Positions 48,001-57,494 of a DNA stretch of 64,000 nt are shown here, one piece after another; within the stretch, counting starts at the first letter, position 1, and each line of letters opens with the position of its first letter. The stretch lies in assembly GCA_000002435.2 (NCBI GenBank), contig CM018793.1; one strand, given 5' to 3'. The notes below the pieces were generated by a model, which searched no databases, was not told the DNA's origin, and worked only from the letters and a program-made list of their open reading frames with translations. Made by a program: the position numbers and the translations under genes. The stretch comes from Giardia intestinalis (Eukaryota).

Positions 48001-51000
48001 NNNNNNNNNNNNNNNNNNNNNNNNNNNNNNNNNNNNNNNNNNNNNNNNNNNNNNNNNNNNNNNNNNNNNNNNNNNNNNNNNNNNNNNNNNNNNNNNNNNN
48101 NNNNNNNNNNNNNNNNNNNNNNNNNNNNNNNNNNNNNNNNNNNNNNNNNNNNNNNNNNNNNNNNNNNNNNNNNNNNNNNNNNNNNNNNNNNNNNNNNNNN
48201 NNNNNNNNNNNNNNNNNNNNNNNNNNNNNNNNNNNNNNNNNNNNNNNNNNNNNNNNNNNNNNNNNNNNNNNNNNNNNNNNNNNNNNNNNNNNNNNNNNNN
48301 NNNNNNNNNNNNNNNNNNNNNNNNNNNNNNNNNNNNNNNNNNNNNNNNNNNNNNNNNNNNNNNNNNNNNNNNNNNNNNNNNNNNNNNNNNNNNNNNNNNN
48401 NNNNNNNNNNNNNNNNNNNNNNNNNNNNNNNNNNNNNNNNNNNNNNNNNNNNNNNNNNNNNNNNNNNNNNNNNNNNNNNNNNNNNNNNNNNNNNNNNNNN
48501 NNNNNNNNNNNNNNNNNNNNNNNNNNNNNNNNNNNNNNNNNNNNNNNNNNNNNNNNNNNNNNNNNNNNNNNNNNNNNNNNNNNNNNNNNNNNNNNNNNNN
48601 NNNNNNNNNNNNNNNNNNNNNNNNNNNNNNNNNNNNNNNNNNNNNNNNNNNNNNNNNNNNNNNNNNNNNNNNNNNNNNNNNNNNNNNNNNNNNNNNNNNN
48701 NNNNNNNNNNNNNNNNNNNNNNNNNNNNNNNNNNNNNNNNNNNNNNNNNNNNNNNNNNNNNNNNNNNNNNNNNNNNNNNNNNNNNNNNNNNNNNNNNNNN
48801 NNNNNNNNNNNNNNNNNNNNNNNNNNNNNNNNNNNNNNNNNNNNNNNNNNNNNNNNNNNNNNNNNNNNNNNNNNNNNNNNNNNNNNNNNNNNNNNNNNNN
48901 NNNNNNNNNNNNNNNNNNNNNNNNNNNNNNNNNNNNNNNNNNNNNNNNNNNNNNNNNNNNNNNNNNNNNNNNNNNNNNNNNNNNNNNNNNNNNNNNNNNN
49001 NNNNNNNNNNNNNNNNNNNNNNNNNNNNNNNNNNNNNNNNNNNNNNNNNNNNNNNNNNNNNNNNNNNNNNNNNNNNNNNNNNNNNNNNNNNNNNNNNNNN
49101 NNNNNNNNNNNNNNNNNNNNNNNNNNNNNNNNNNNNNNNNNNNNNNNNNNNNNNNNNNNNNNNNNNNNNNNNNNNNNNNNNNNNNNNNNNNNNNNNNNNN
49201 NNNNNNNNNNNNNNNNNNNNNNNNNNNNNNNNNNNNNNNNNNNNNNNNNNNNNNNNNNNNNNNNNNNNNNNNNNNNNNNNNNNNNNNNNNNNNNNNNNNN
49301 NNNNNNNNNNNNNNNNNNNNNNNNNNNNNNNNNNNNNNNNNNNNNNNNNNNNNNNNNNNNNNNNNNNNNNNNNNNNNNNNNNNNNNNNNNNNNNNNNNNN
49401 NNNNNNNNNNNNNNNNNNNNNNNNNNNNNNNNNNNNNNNNNNNNNNNNNNNNNNNNNNNNNNNNNNNNNNNNNNNNNNNNNNNNNNNNNNNNNNNNNNNN
49501 NNNNNNNNNNNNNNNNNNNNNNNNNNNNNNNNNNNNNNNNNNNNNNNNNNNNNNNNNNNNNNNNNNNNNNNNNNNNNNNNNNNNNNNNNNNNNNNNNNNN
49601 NNNNNNNNNNNNNNNNNNNNNNNNNNNNNNNNNNNNNNNNNNNNNNNNNNNNNNNNNNNNNNNNNNNNNNNNNNNNNNNNNNNNNNNNNNNNNNNNNNNN
49701 NNNNNNNNNNNNNNNNNNNNNNNNNNNNNNNNNNNNNNNNNNNNNNNNNNNNNNNNNNNNNNNNNNNNNNNNNNNNNNNNNNNNNNNNNNNNNNNNNNNN
49801 NNNNNNNNNNNNNNNNNNNNNNNNNNNNNNNNNNNNNNNNNNNNNNNNNNNNNNNNNNNNNNNNNNNNNNNNNNNNNNNNNNNNNNNNNNNNNNNNNNNN
49901 NNNNNNNNNNNNNNNNNNNNNNNNNNNNNNNNNNNNNNNNNNNNNNNNNNNNNNNNNNNNNNNNNNNNNNNNNNNNNNNNNNNNNNNNNNNNNNNNNNNN
50001 NNNNNNNNNNNNNNNNNNNNNNNNNNNNNNNNNNNNNNNNNNNNNNNNNNNNNNNNNNNNNNNNNNNNNNNNNNNNNNNNNNNNNNNNNNNNNNNNNNNN
50101 NNNNNNNNNNNNNNNNNNNNNNNNNNNNNNNNNNNNNNNNNNNNNNNNNNNNNNNNNNNNNNNNNNNNNNNNNNNNNNNNNNNNNNNNNNNNNNNNNNNN
50201 NNNNNNNNNNNNNNNNNNNNNNNNNNNNNNNNNNNNNNNNNNNNNNNNNNNNNNNNNNNNNNNNNNNNNNNNNNNNNNNNNNNNNNNNNNNNNNNNNNNN
50301 NNNNNNNNNNNNNNNNNNNNNNNNNNNNNNNNNNNNNNNNNNNNNNNNNNNNNNNNNNNNNNNNNNNNNNNNNNNNNNNNNNNNNNNNNNNNNNNNNNNN
50401 NNNNNNNNNNNNNNNNNNNNNNNNNNNNNNNNNNNNNNNNNNNNNNNNNNNNNNNNNNNNNNNNNNNNNNNNNNNNNNNNNNNNNNNNNNNNNNNNNNNN
50501 NNNNNNNNNNNNNNNNNNNNNNNNNNNNNNNNNNNNNNNNNNNNNNNNNNNNNNNNNNNNNNNNNNNNNNNNNNNNNNNNNNNNNNNNNNNNNNNNNNNN
50601 NNNNNNNNNNNNNNNNNNNNNNNNNNNNNNNNNNNNNNNNNNNNNNNNNNNNNNNNNNNNNNNNNNNNNNNNNNNNNNNNNNNNNNNNNNNNNNNNNNNN
50701 NNNNNNNNNNNNNNNNNNNNNNNNNNNNNNNNNNNNNNNNNNNNNNNNNNNNNNNNNNNNNNNNNNNNNNNNNNNNNNNNNNNNNNNNNNNNNNNNNNNN
50801 NNNNNNNNNNNNNNNNNNNNNNNNNNNNNNNNNNNNNNNNNNNNNNNNNNNNNNNNNNNNNNNNNNNNNNNNNNNNNNNNNNNNNNNNNNNNNNNNNNNN
50901 NNNNNNNNNNNNNNNNNNNNNNNNNNNNNNNNNNNNNNNNNNNNNNNNNNNNNNNNNNNNNNNNNNNNNNNNNNNNNNNNNNNNNNNNNNNNNNNNNNNN

Positions 51001-51832
51001 NNNNNNNNNNNNNNNNNNNNNNNNNNNNNNNNNNNNNNNNNNNNNNNNNNNNNNNNNNNNNNNNNNNNNNNNNNNNNNNNNNNNNNNNNNNNNNNNNNNN
51101 NNNNNNNNNNNNNNNNNNNNNNNNNNNNNNNNNNNNNNNNNNNNNNNNNNNNNNNNNNNNNNNNNNNNNNNNNNNNNNNNNNNNNNNNNNNNNNNNNNNN
51201 NNNNNNNNNNNNNNNNNNNNNNNNNNNNNNNNNNNNNNNNNNNNNNNNNNNNNNNNNNNNNNNNNNNNNNNNNNNNNNNNNNNNNNNNNNNNNNNNNNNN
51301 NNNNNNNNNNNNNNNNNNNNNNNNNNNNNNNNNNNNNNNNNNNNNNNNNNNNNNNNNNNNNNNNNNNNNNNNNNNNNNNNNNNNNNNNNNNNNNNNNNNN
51401 NNNNNNNNNNNNNNNNNNNNNNNNNNNNNNNNNNNNNNNNNNNNNNNNNNNNNNNNNNNNNNNNNNNNNNNNNNNNNNNNNNNNNNNNNNNNNNNNNNNN
51501 NNNNNNNNNNNNNNNNNNNNNNNNNNNNNNNNNNNNNNNNNNNNNNNNNNNNNNNNNNNNNNNNNNNNNNNNNNNNNNNNNNNNNNNNNNNNNNNNNNNN
51601 NNNNNNNNNNNNNNNNNNNNNNNNNNNNNNNNNNNNNNNNNNNNNNNNNNNNNNNNNNNNNNNNNNNNNNNNNNNNNNNNNNNNNNNNNNNNNNNNNNNN
51701 NNNNNNNNNNNNNNNNNNNNNNNNNNNNNNNNNNNNNNNNNNNNNNNNNNNNNNNNNNNNNNNNNNNNNNNNNNNNNNNNNNNNNNNNNNNNNNNNNNNN
51801 NNNNNNNNNNNNNNNNNNNNNNNNNNNNNNNN
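1..51832. other. Assembly gap or masked region (run of N)
   Basis: Every base from 1 to 51832 is 'n'. Real sequence begins at 51833 (ctgctggg...). Nothing can be called here. Confidence 0.99.
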
Positions 51833-53194
51833 CTGCTGGGGCTGTACATGAGCAGCCATTACCCCCAATATGCCTTAGCGGTACCTTGAGGATCTACTAG
51901 TGTGCCTAGGGGGTTACTACATGCCACACGACGCTGCTGAGCATTGGATGCCCCTGGTACCAGGAAGTACTTATTATTCTCATTAACAGCGGTACAGACA
52001 CCGTTGGCTGCTGTCTTGCACATGATTCCGGTGATTGACACTATACAACCACCCATTAATGAAGTATCCGTAGTACAGATGTACATAATGGTTATTCACA
52101 GTATTACTTTGACCCACTCACAACACACTCCATCATTGGTATCATATTTGTCTCTCCACAGTAGAACAGTAGTGCTTTGTGGTGCCCTGATCATCATTAT
52201 CATGGCATCACAAGCACCAGAGGTACCCCCCAGGCAGTATCATCCTCACATTTTGTACATGTAACAGGACTGGTACCCTCTGCTTGATAGTTCCTTACAG
52301 CAGTACACTTGAAAGTACTGGCCTCCATTTGCACTTAGCACCCCTCGATGCCCCCATTGTTTGTGTCACTACAGAGAGCACTTCTCCGGGTCTATGACCT
52401 CACAGGAAGAACCCTGCCTTAGGCAGGCATTTCCTCAGCAGTTTGTCTAGCATGTGGCACAGTTGCCCGTGACAGGGGGTGCATGTTACTGACCACTCCG
52501 TACTTTGTATCCCTCCAGGCATTCTTGCAATTGGTTGCACTTCTGCTCTTTAGCAAGCTTCAGCCGCAATGCCTTTGTTCTTTGGTTCTGAATCCGACGC
52601 TGCGGGATCACTGCACAAACGACACACGTTGTCTTCGGTCATAAAGAGACCGTTATCAGCTCCTTGACACCCGGCGTGTTCTTGTCACACGAGGTCGAGG
52701 TTCCATCAAGGTCGTCTCGGGTCTTACTGTATCACAAGCTGTGCACTTCGGCTTCTTGGTAGTCGAATCAACTTCACACTGGGTACATGCTGATCTATCG
52801 TGTTGCAGTCCCTACAAGTTCCGACTCTGGGTCAGCATAAGTGTTTCCAGTGCACTCATTACTATTCACGCATGCATTATCCTTCAGGAACGTATTTCCT
52901 TACAAGAGGTACACTGGGTCGCCGACGTCTCACAGGTCAGGCAAGAGTCCTTGCACTTCTCACATGCGCCGTAACTATTTGAAGTACCCTCTTGCATGCA
53001 GTACACGTGGCAGCCCTGTTACTGTCTGGCGCGTGCATGTGGCGCAGTCTCCACTCCTTAATCCATTCGCTCCTGTGGCATCATGACAGAGTATGCACTC
53101 CCCACCAGGGGTCACCTTGTCTGCCCATTCTGGAATATGTACTGACTTCTGTTTACAAGCAGTGCACAGTCCTCCCTCAGCCTTTGTGCATATC
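51833..53194 (-). pseudogene. Decayed VSP-family pseudogene (partial, runs into the N gap); many frameshifts and stops
   Basis: Reverse-complement translation gives recognisable VSP segments, for example ORF 51859..52086 (-) '...MGGCIVSITGIMCKTAANGVCTAVNENNKYFLVPGASNAQQRRVACSNPLGTLV', which aligns to 'YMGGCYKVDTVPGQHMCKTAANGVCTAVNANNRYFIVPGATNQNQSVLACSNSLGTLV' of the 618-aa unit. The frame is broken repeatedly. For example 52200-52290 reads 'acatgtacaaaatgtgaggatgatactgcctgggggg' against the intact 'tgcaccaagatctgtgaagatgatactgcctgtggagga'. The 5' end at 53150-53194 is identical to the unit junction at 55473-55511 (agtgagatatgcacaaaggctgagggaggactgtgcactgcttg). Confidence 0.7.
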
Positions 53195-53196
53195 TC

Positions 53197-53229
53197 ACTC
53201 CACTATCATACTATCACCCTCTATCACAC
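53197..53229 (-). repeat. Inter-unit short tandem repeat, GTGATAR-type (about 3 copies) in the VSP 3' UTR or spacer
   Basis: Plus strand reads 'cactccactatcatactatcaccctctatcacacc', which on the sense strand is GTGATAGAGGGTGATAGTATGATAGTGGAGTG. This is near-identical to 55505..55538. Confidence 0.6.
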
Positions 53230-53240
53230 CATTGTACAGC

Positions 53241-53247
53241 ATTCACT
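53241..53247 (-). terminator. Putative Giardia polyadenylation signal AGTGAAT (AGTRAAY) after the remnant stop
   Basis: Plus strand 'attcact' 53241-53247 is the reverse complement of AGTGAAT. It lies 8 nt 3' of the stop codon TGA (plus 'tca' 53255-53257). Confidence 0.55.
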
Positions 53248-53254
53248 ACCCAAG

Positions 53255-53350
53255 TCACGCCTTCCCCTGCACACGAACCACCAGCAGAGGAAGCCCACGA
53301 GGCCCCCACGACGAGCGACCACAGCCACGAGACCCCACGCGATGGAGACC
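53255..53350 (-). pseudogene. Remnant of a VSP 3' end (diverged, frameshifted TM helix + CRGKA + TGA)
   Basis: Reverse complement reads '...tgggggcctcgtgggcttcctctgctggtggttcgtgtgcaggggaaggcgtga'. Apart from a 1-nt deletion this matches the intact '...ggg ggc ctc gtg ggc ttc ctc tgc tgg tgg ttc gtg tgc agg ggg aag gcg tga' (GLVGFLCWWFVCRGKA*). Upstream of about 53350 the similarity to VSP stops. Confidence 0.65.
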
Positions 53351-54230
53351 CGCATTGGAGAGCCCGCCCCTGGTGTGGTACTTCATAGACACACAGGAGG
53401 TCCCACTGCTGTCTAGACTGTACTCCCCAATACGATACCACTTACCGCCTACACTTCAACGCTCATCTCGAACCACACAAGCATACTTGATTCGCTCCGA
53501 TCGCCCTAGCGACGAAGACGGACCTTCTAATCGTCGATACAACACCCTAACACACCTCGTTGTTACTTGACCTCAATACGTGTCACATACATACAGGTGA
53601 CAATGATCGCAGGCACAAGATGCATAGCCCGACCCCTGCACTTCAGAATGCATATGCGGGGTCCCCCGCCAAACATGACGGCGCCACTCCCACCACAGCT
53701 GCTGCAGAAACATATATAATCTCGATAGATAAGGGCTATCAAACCTGAGACGTCGGAGAGTCCGCAATCGGAAGAAAGAACGGAAGGCCTGACGCGTAAG
53801 AGTAGCAAATGCGCATCAATCCGTGAGAGAACCTTCGTGCGCGCCACGAGAAGCCCAGTAGAGCTCTTACAATAGCCAAACGCCTCACAGGAGATGACTA
53901 TTGAACCTGATAACATAATGAGCGATTAGTGAGCACACCACAGCGGGACCATATGACGAGCCAGAACCATGACACTCAGAAAATTCAAGCAAAGTTGTTT
54001 CCTTAGTAGATAGGTGCTACTATTGTTCGTCAACCTGCAGAGTTAACACTACAGCGGTCCAGATGGATACAGCAGCCAGTTTTGAGACAGTGACAAGTGT
54101 CGTGGATCTTTCATCCGAACTTCTAGATTATCCAATATGAATGTCACTGAGTCGTCAAACCCTAACGAATAAATAACCGAACATAACTCACCTACGGGAC
54201 CAGCAATAATGCAGTGTAAGCAAACGCGCA
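53351..54230. other. Non-VSP DNA of unknown origin (about 880 bp, lower GC) interrupting a VSP unit
   Basis: No CXXC-rich reading frame on either strand. Only short ORFs of 62-117 aa with no recognisable family. The base composition is clearly less GC-rich than the flanks. One side is the truncation point of the 378-aa VSP fragment (54231..54240) and the other is the TM/CRGKA remnant (53350). Confidence 0.5.
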
Positions 54231-55511
54231 TCATCCTCTCTTCTGCTGAGCAGCAGAGTCCCCGGGAATCTTGAAGTAGCGCCCGACCGGTGTGGTGCAG
54301 AACCCACTTGGAGCCGCAGAGCACATGAGGTTGCCAGGAGCCTTCGACACATCATAGCAACCACCCATATAGAGGAAGTAGTTGTTGGTGCACCGCGTAC
54401 ATACGCCATCGGCGCAGGTATTACCTGCAAGTGCATTGGTGCACTTCCCATTAATAGGGCCATAGCCGGCGCCAACACACTTTGAACAGTAAGAGAGCAT
54501 GCTGCCGTCGTTGCCGACCACGATGGCGTCGCAGGCCCCTGCTGTCCCTCCACATGCAGTCTCATCTTCACAGGTCTTTGTACATGTGAGGTCGCTAGGT
54601 TCTCCGCTGGGTCTGTAGTTGGGCTTACATTCAGTGCATTTGAGGGACCCCACGCCGCCTGTGCACTCGGCACAGCCTGGAATCCCACTTGTCTCGTCAT
54701 CACAGAGAACGCATGTCTTAGGCGGGCCATCCTTAAGGAAGTACCCCGGCATGCATCTTGTACATGTGTTGATTTGACCCGCTGTTCCGCACTCTGCGCA
54801 GTTTCCTGTGCAGGCCTCGCAGGCGTTTCCGTTGACTTTATACCCGTCGACACAAGCCTCGCAGGTGCCTTTTGCGGTGCACAGCTTGCAGTTCTGGACT
54901 CCGCCCTTACCATTGTCGCCGCACTGCACGCACTTCGAGGCGTCGTAGAAGTGCGTCTTGCCCACTTTGCACTCGGCCTCATCAACACAGGTCGTTGTCC
55001 CATCCAGCTCGTCTCTGACCGTCTTACTACCGCAGTCGGTGCACTTCGGCTTTCCCGTGGCGTCGTCGTATGCACACGCGGTGCATCCTTGTATCTCACT
55101 GCAGGCCTTACAGGTCCAGGTCTTCTTGTCCGCATAGTTACCATTGTCACATCCACCAGCATCTACACAAGTGTTACCATCCTTCAGGTACTTCCCCTCA
55201 ACGCAGGCGGTACACTGAGTCGGAGTATCAGCTGAGCAAGCAGAGCAGCCGTCTCCGCACTTCACACATGCACTGTCCTTCGTAACGAACCCTGCTTGAC
55301 ACTCTGTACACGTGGCCGGTCCGCTAGTGCCCGTGTGGGAGCATTCTGAGCATCCAGCGACTCCCATGACCCCGTTTCTATCTGTCGTATCAGAGCACAG
55401 TATGCACTCACTACCCTTCTCTGGTGTTGCAGCCGGGTTCTTGAACAGGCCGTTATCTGCCTTACAAGCAGTGCACAGTCCTCCCTCAGCCTTTGTGCAT
55501 ATCTCACTCCA
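54231..55511 (-). pseudogene. Truncated VSP unit with no start codon and no C-terminal TM/CRGKA; the ORF ends ...GDSAAQQKRG*
   Basis: The ORF track's 54231..55367 (-) 378 aa is CXXC-rich and contains 'NNYFLYMGGCYDV' (a GGCY motif). The frame stays open upstream to the in-frame TAG at 55512-55514 (...*WSEICTKAEGGLCTACKADNGLFKNPAATPEKGSECILCSD...). Its last 110 or so codons are nearly identical to codons of the complete gene at 61250-61584. The ORF then terminates after AAQQ, where the complete gene continues SVLACGNP.... Downstream DNA is unrelated. Confidence 0.75.
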
Positions 55512-55538
55512 CTATCATACTATCACCCTCTATCACAC
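55507..55538 (-). repeat. Inter-unit short tandem repeat, GTGATAR-type (about 3 copies)
   Basis: Plus strand reads 'cactccactatcatactatcaccctctatcacac'. It lies between the stop of the 618-codon unit (55563) and the TAG/TGG/AGT/GAG/ATA/TGC start of the next unit. Confidence 0.6.
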
Positions 55539-55548
55539 ATTGTACAGC

Positions 55549-55555
55549 ATTCACT
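55549..55555 (-). terminator. Putative polyadenylation signal AGTGAAT, 8 nt after the TGA of the 618-codon VSP unit
   Basis: Plus strand 'attcact' 55549-55555 and stop 'tca' 55563-55565. Sense strand reads ...AAG GCG TGA cttgggtAGTGAATgctgtaca. Confidence 0.6.
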
Positions 55556-55562
55556 ACCCAAG

Positions 55563-57419
55563 TCACGCCTTCCCCCTGCACACGAACCACCAGCAGAGGA
55601 AGCCCACGAGGCCCCCCACGACAGCGATGACAGCCACGGAGATCCCTGCTATGGCACCAGTACTGAGGCCGCTTCTGTTGCCCCCGCTGGGCTTGGTGGA
55701 CACGCACGCCTCACCCTCCAGCCTGTAGTCGTCCCCACACTGGCCGCACTTGTTCTCCTCGCTGCACCTGACGCACCCGTCGATATTGCAGGCGATGCAC
55801 TTCGTTCCGTCTGTGTTCGGCCTCTGGTCTTTACTGGTACAGGCCTCGCACTTATCGCCTGCTCCACAGTGCGAGCATCCGTCAACGGTACATGCGAAGC
55901 ACCCGCTCCCAGCCAGGTTGGGCTTGTTGTTGTTGGTACACGCTGTACACACAGCAGCAGTCATACCAGTCTCAGATGGAGCTGCTGGGGCCGTACATGC
56001 CGAACAGCCATCTACCCCCACATATGCCTTAGAGGTATCACCAGTGCCTACTAGTGTGCCAAGGGAGTTGCTACATGCCAATACAGACTGATTCTGATTG
56101 GTTGCCCCAGGGACTATGAAGTACCTATTGTTGGCATTAACAGCAGTACAGACACCGTTGGCTGCTGTCTTGCACATATGTTGTCCAGGTACTGTATCAA
56201 CCTTGTAACAACCTCCCATATACAAGAAGTAGTTGTTAGTGCATTGTGTACATACACCTTGATCACATTGATTATTTGCTTTAGCACTATTACACTTCCC
56301 ATCTATAGGATACGTATTAGCTTCTCCACAGTATGAGCAATAATGATGCTCTACACCCTTATCATCAATCACTATTGCATCGCAGGCACCAGAAGTTCCT
56401 CCACAGGCAGTATCATCTTCACAGATCTTGGTGCATGTGACAGAGCCAGTACTGCCCTCCTTGCGATAGTTAGGCTTACAGTCAGTGCACTTGAAAGCAC
56501 CGTTGTTAGAGCAGACACTGCAGCCTTCGCGACCCTTATCGTCTACGCTATCGCATGGGACGCACTTCTTCCCCTGTTGATCTGTAGTAGTTACTAAGAA
56601 GTATCCAGTCTTGCAGGTTTCACACTTATTTGGATCACCAGCAACAGAGCATGTGGCACAGTTATCACCACACTTGTCTGTACATGTACTAGTACCACTA
56701 TCAAAGAAGTATCCATCGAGACAGGCTGAGCAGGTTGGATTGTCACTTCCTGTTTTCGTACATGTCTTGCAGTTGGCCTTTCCTTCGTTACCAAGAGTTG
56801 AATCTGTCACATCACTACAAAGAGCACACGTTTTGTCCTCCTTCATAAATAAGGCCTCGTCAGCGCCCTCGCATCCTTCAAGCGTCTTCGCCACGCAGGT
56901 CGATGTCCCGTCGAGGGCCGTCCTGGGGGTCTTATTGGTCCCGCAGTTAGTGCACTTCGGCTTCCCCGTGGCCTTGTCGAAGGAGCATGCCGTGCACTCT
57001 GCGTGTATCGTACTACATGCCTTGCATGTTCCCGACTCCGGGTCAGCATAAGTGTTTCCATCGCATCCAGTATCTTGTACACATTGATTACTCTTCAGGT
57101 ACTTCCCCTCTGGGCACGATGTACAATGATTCTGACCACTTCCATCGCAGGTCAGACAAGCTTCATTACATTTGACACATGTCTGAGAGTTCTTGTAGTA
57201 TCCATCTTGGCACTCTGTACACGTGGCAGGTCCTGGACTACTGTCTGACTTGGTACACTGTGCGCAGTTAGCCACCCCTGTATATCCATCTGCCCCATTG
57301 ACATCATGACAGAGGATGCACTCACTACCAGGCTTCTGAGGTGTAACTGGGTTCTTGAACAGGCCGTTATCTGCTTTACAAGCAGTGCACACTCCTCCCT
57401 CAGCCTTTGTGCATATCAC
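55563..57419 (-). CDS. VSP-family ORF, 618 codons, intact frame with C-terminal TM + CRGKA but no ATG or signal peptide (startless cassette or young pseudogene)
   Basis: Protein ends '...NRSGLSTGAIAGISVAVIAVVGGLVGFLCWWFVCRGKA'. It has many CXXC motifs and a GGCY motif 'NNYFLYMGGCYKV'. The first codon reported as M is GTG (57417-57419 plus 'cac'). It is preceded in frame by AGT, TGG, TAG (stop at 57426-57428). Immediately 5' are the 3' UTR repeats and the stop of the upstream unit. No hydrophobic signal peptide. Confidence 0.6.
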   Translation of the reverse strand: MICTKAEGGVCTACKADNGLFKNPVTPQKPGSECILCHDVNGADGYTGVANCAQCTKSDSSPGPATCTECQDGYYKNSQTCVKCNEACLTCDGSGQNHCTSCPEGKYLKSNQCVQDTGCDGNTYADPESGTCKACSTIHAECTACSFDKATGKPKCTNCGTNKTPRTALDGTSTCVAKTLEGCEGADEALFMKEDKTCALCSDVTDSTLGNEGKANCKTCTKTGSDNPTCSACLDGYFFDSGTSTCTDKCGDNCATCSVAGDPNKCETCKTGYFLVTTTDQQGKKCVPCDSVDDKGREGCSVCSNNGAFKCTDCKPNYRKEGSTGSVTCTKICEDDTACGGTSGACDAIVIDDKGVEHHYCSYCGEANTYPIDGKCNSAKANNQCDQGVCTQCTNNYFLYMGGCYKVDTVPGQHMCKTAANGVCTAVNANNRYFIVPGATNQNQSVLACSNSLGTLVGTGDTSKAYVGVDGCSACTAPAAPSETGMTAAVCTACTNNNKPNLAGSGCFACTVDGCSHCGAGDKCEACTSKDQRPNTDGTKCIACNIDGCVRCSEENKCGQCGDDYRLEGEACVSTKPSGGNRSGLSTGAIAGISVAVIAVVGGLVGFLCWWFVCRGKA

Positions 57420-57420
57420 A

Positions 57421-57470
57421 CTCCACTATCACTATCACCCATTATCACCCACTATCACCTTCTATCACAC
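57421..57470 (-). repeat. Inter-unit short tandem repeat, GTGATAR-type (about 5 copies)
   Basis: Plus strand reads 'ctccactatcactatcacccattatcacccactatcaccttctatcacac' (units ccactatcac / tatcac / ccattatcac / ccactatcac / cttctatcac). Copy number differs from the other spacers. Confidence 0.65.
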
Positions 57471-57480
57471 ATTGTACAGC

Positions 57481-57487
57481 ATTCACT
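57481..57487 (-). terminator. Putative polyadenylation signal AGTGAAT after the TGA of the 1024-codon unit
   Basis: Plus strand 'attcact' 57481-57487 and stop 'tca' 57495-57497. Confidence 0.6.
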
Positions 57488-57494
57488 ACCTAAG

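Noticed and set aside
54159-54166. A single 'accctaa' (reverse complement of a TTAGGG/TAGGG-like telomeric unit) inside the non-VSP insert
   Set aside because: It is one isolated copy with no tandem array, so it is not a telomere tract.
54188-55162. A 324-aa ORF in an alternative minus-strand frame overlapping the 378-aa VSP fragment
   Set aside because: It is R/A/P/T-rich with no Cys periodicity. It overlaps the frame that carries the CXXC/GGCY signature and is spurious.
57417-57419. Methionine starts ('MICTKA...') shown by the ORF track for the 618- and 1024-codon units
   Set aside because: The codon on the sense strand is GTG (plus 'cac' at 57417-57419 and at 60567-60569). The ORF finder evidently accepts alternative starts. 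There is no evidence that GTG initiation would give a secreted VSP, because no signal peptide follows.
57421-57470. Short regularly spaced repeats as a possible CRISPR array
   Set aside because: The units are 6-10 bp and directly abutting with no spacers. The sequence is eukaryotic (Giardia) and the repeats sit in 3' UTRs between tandem genes.
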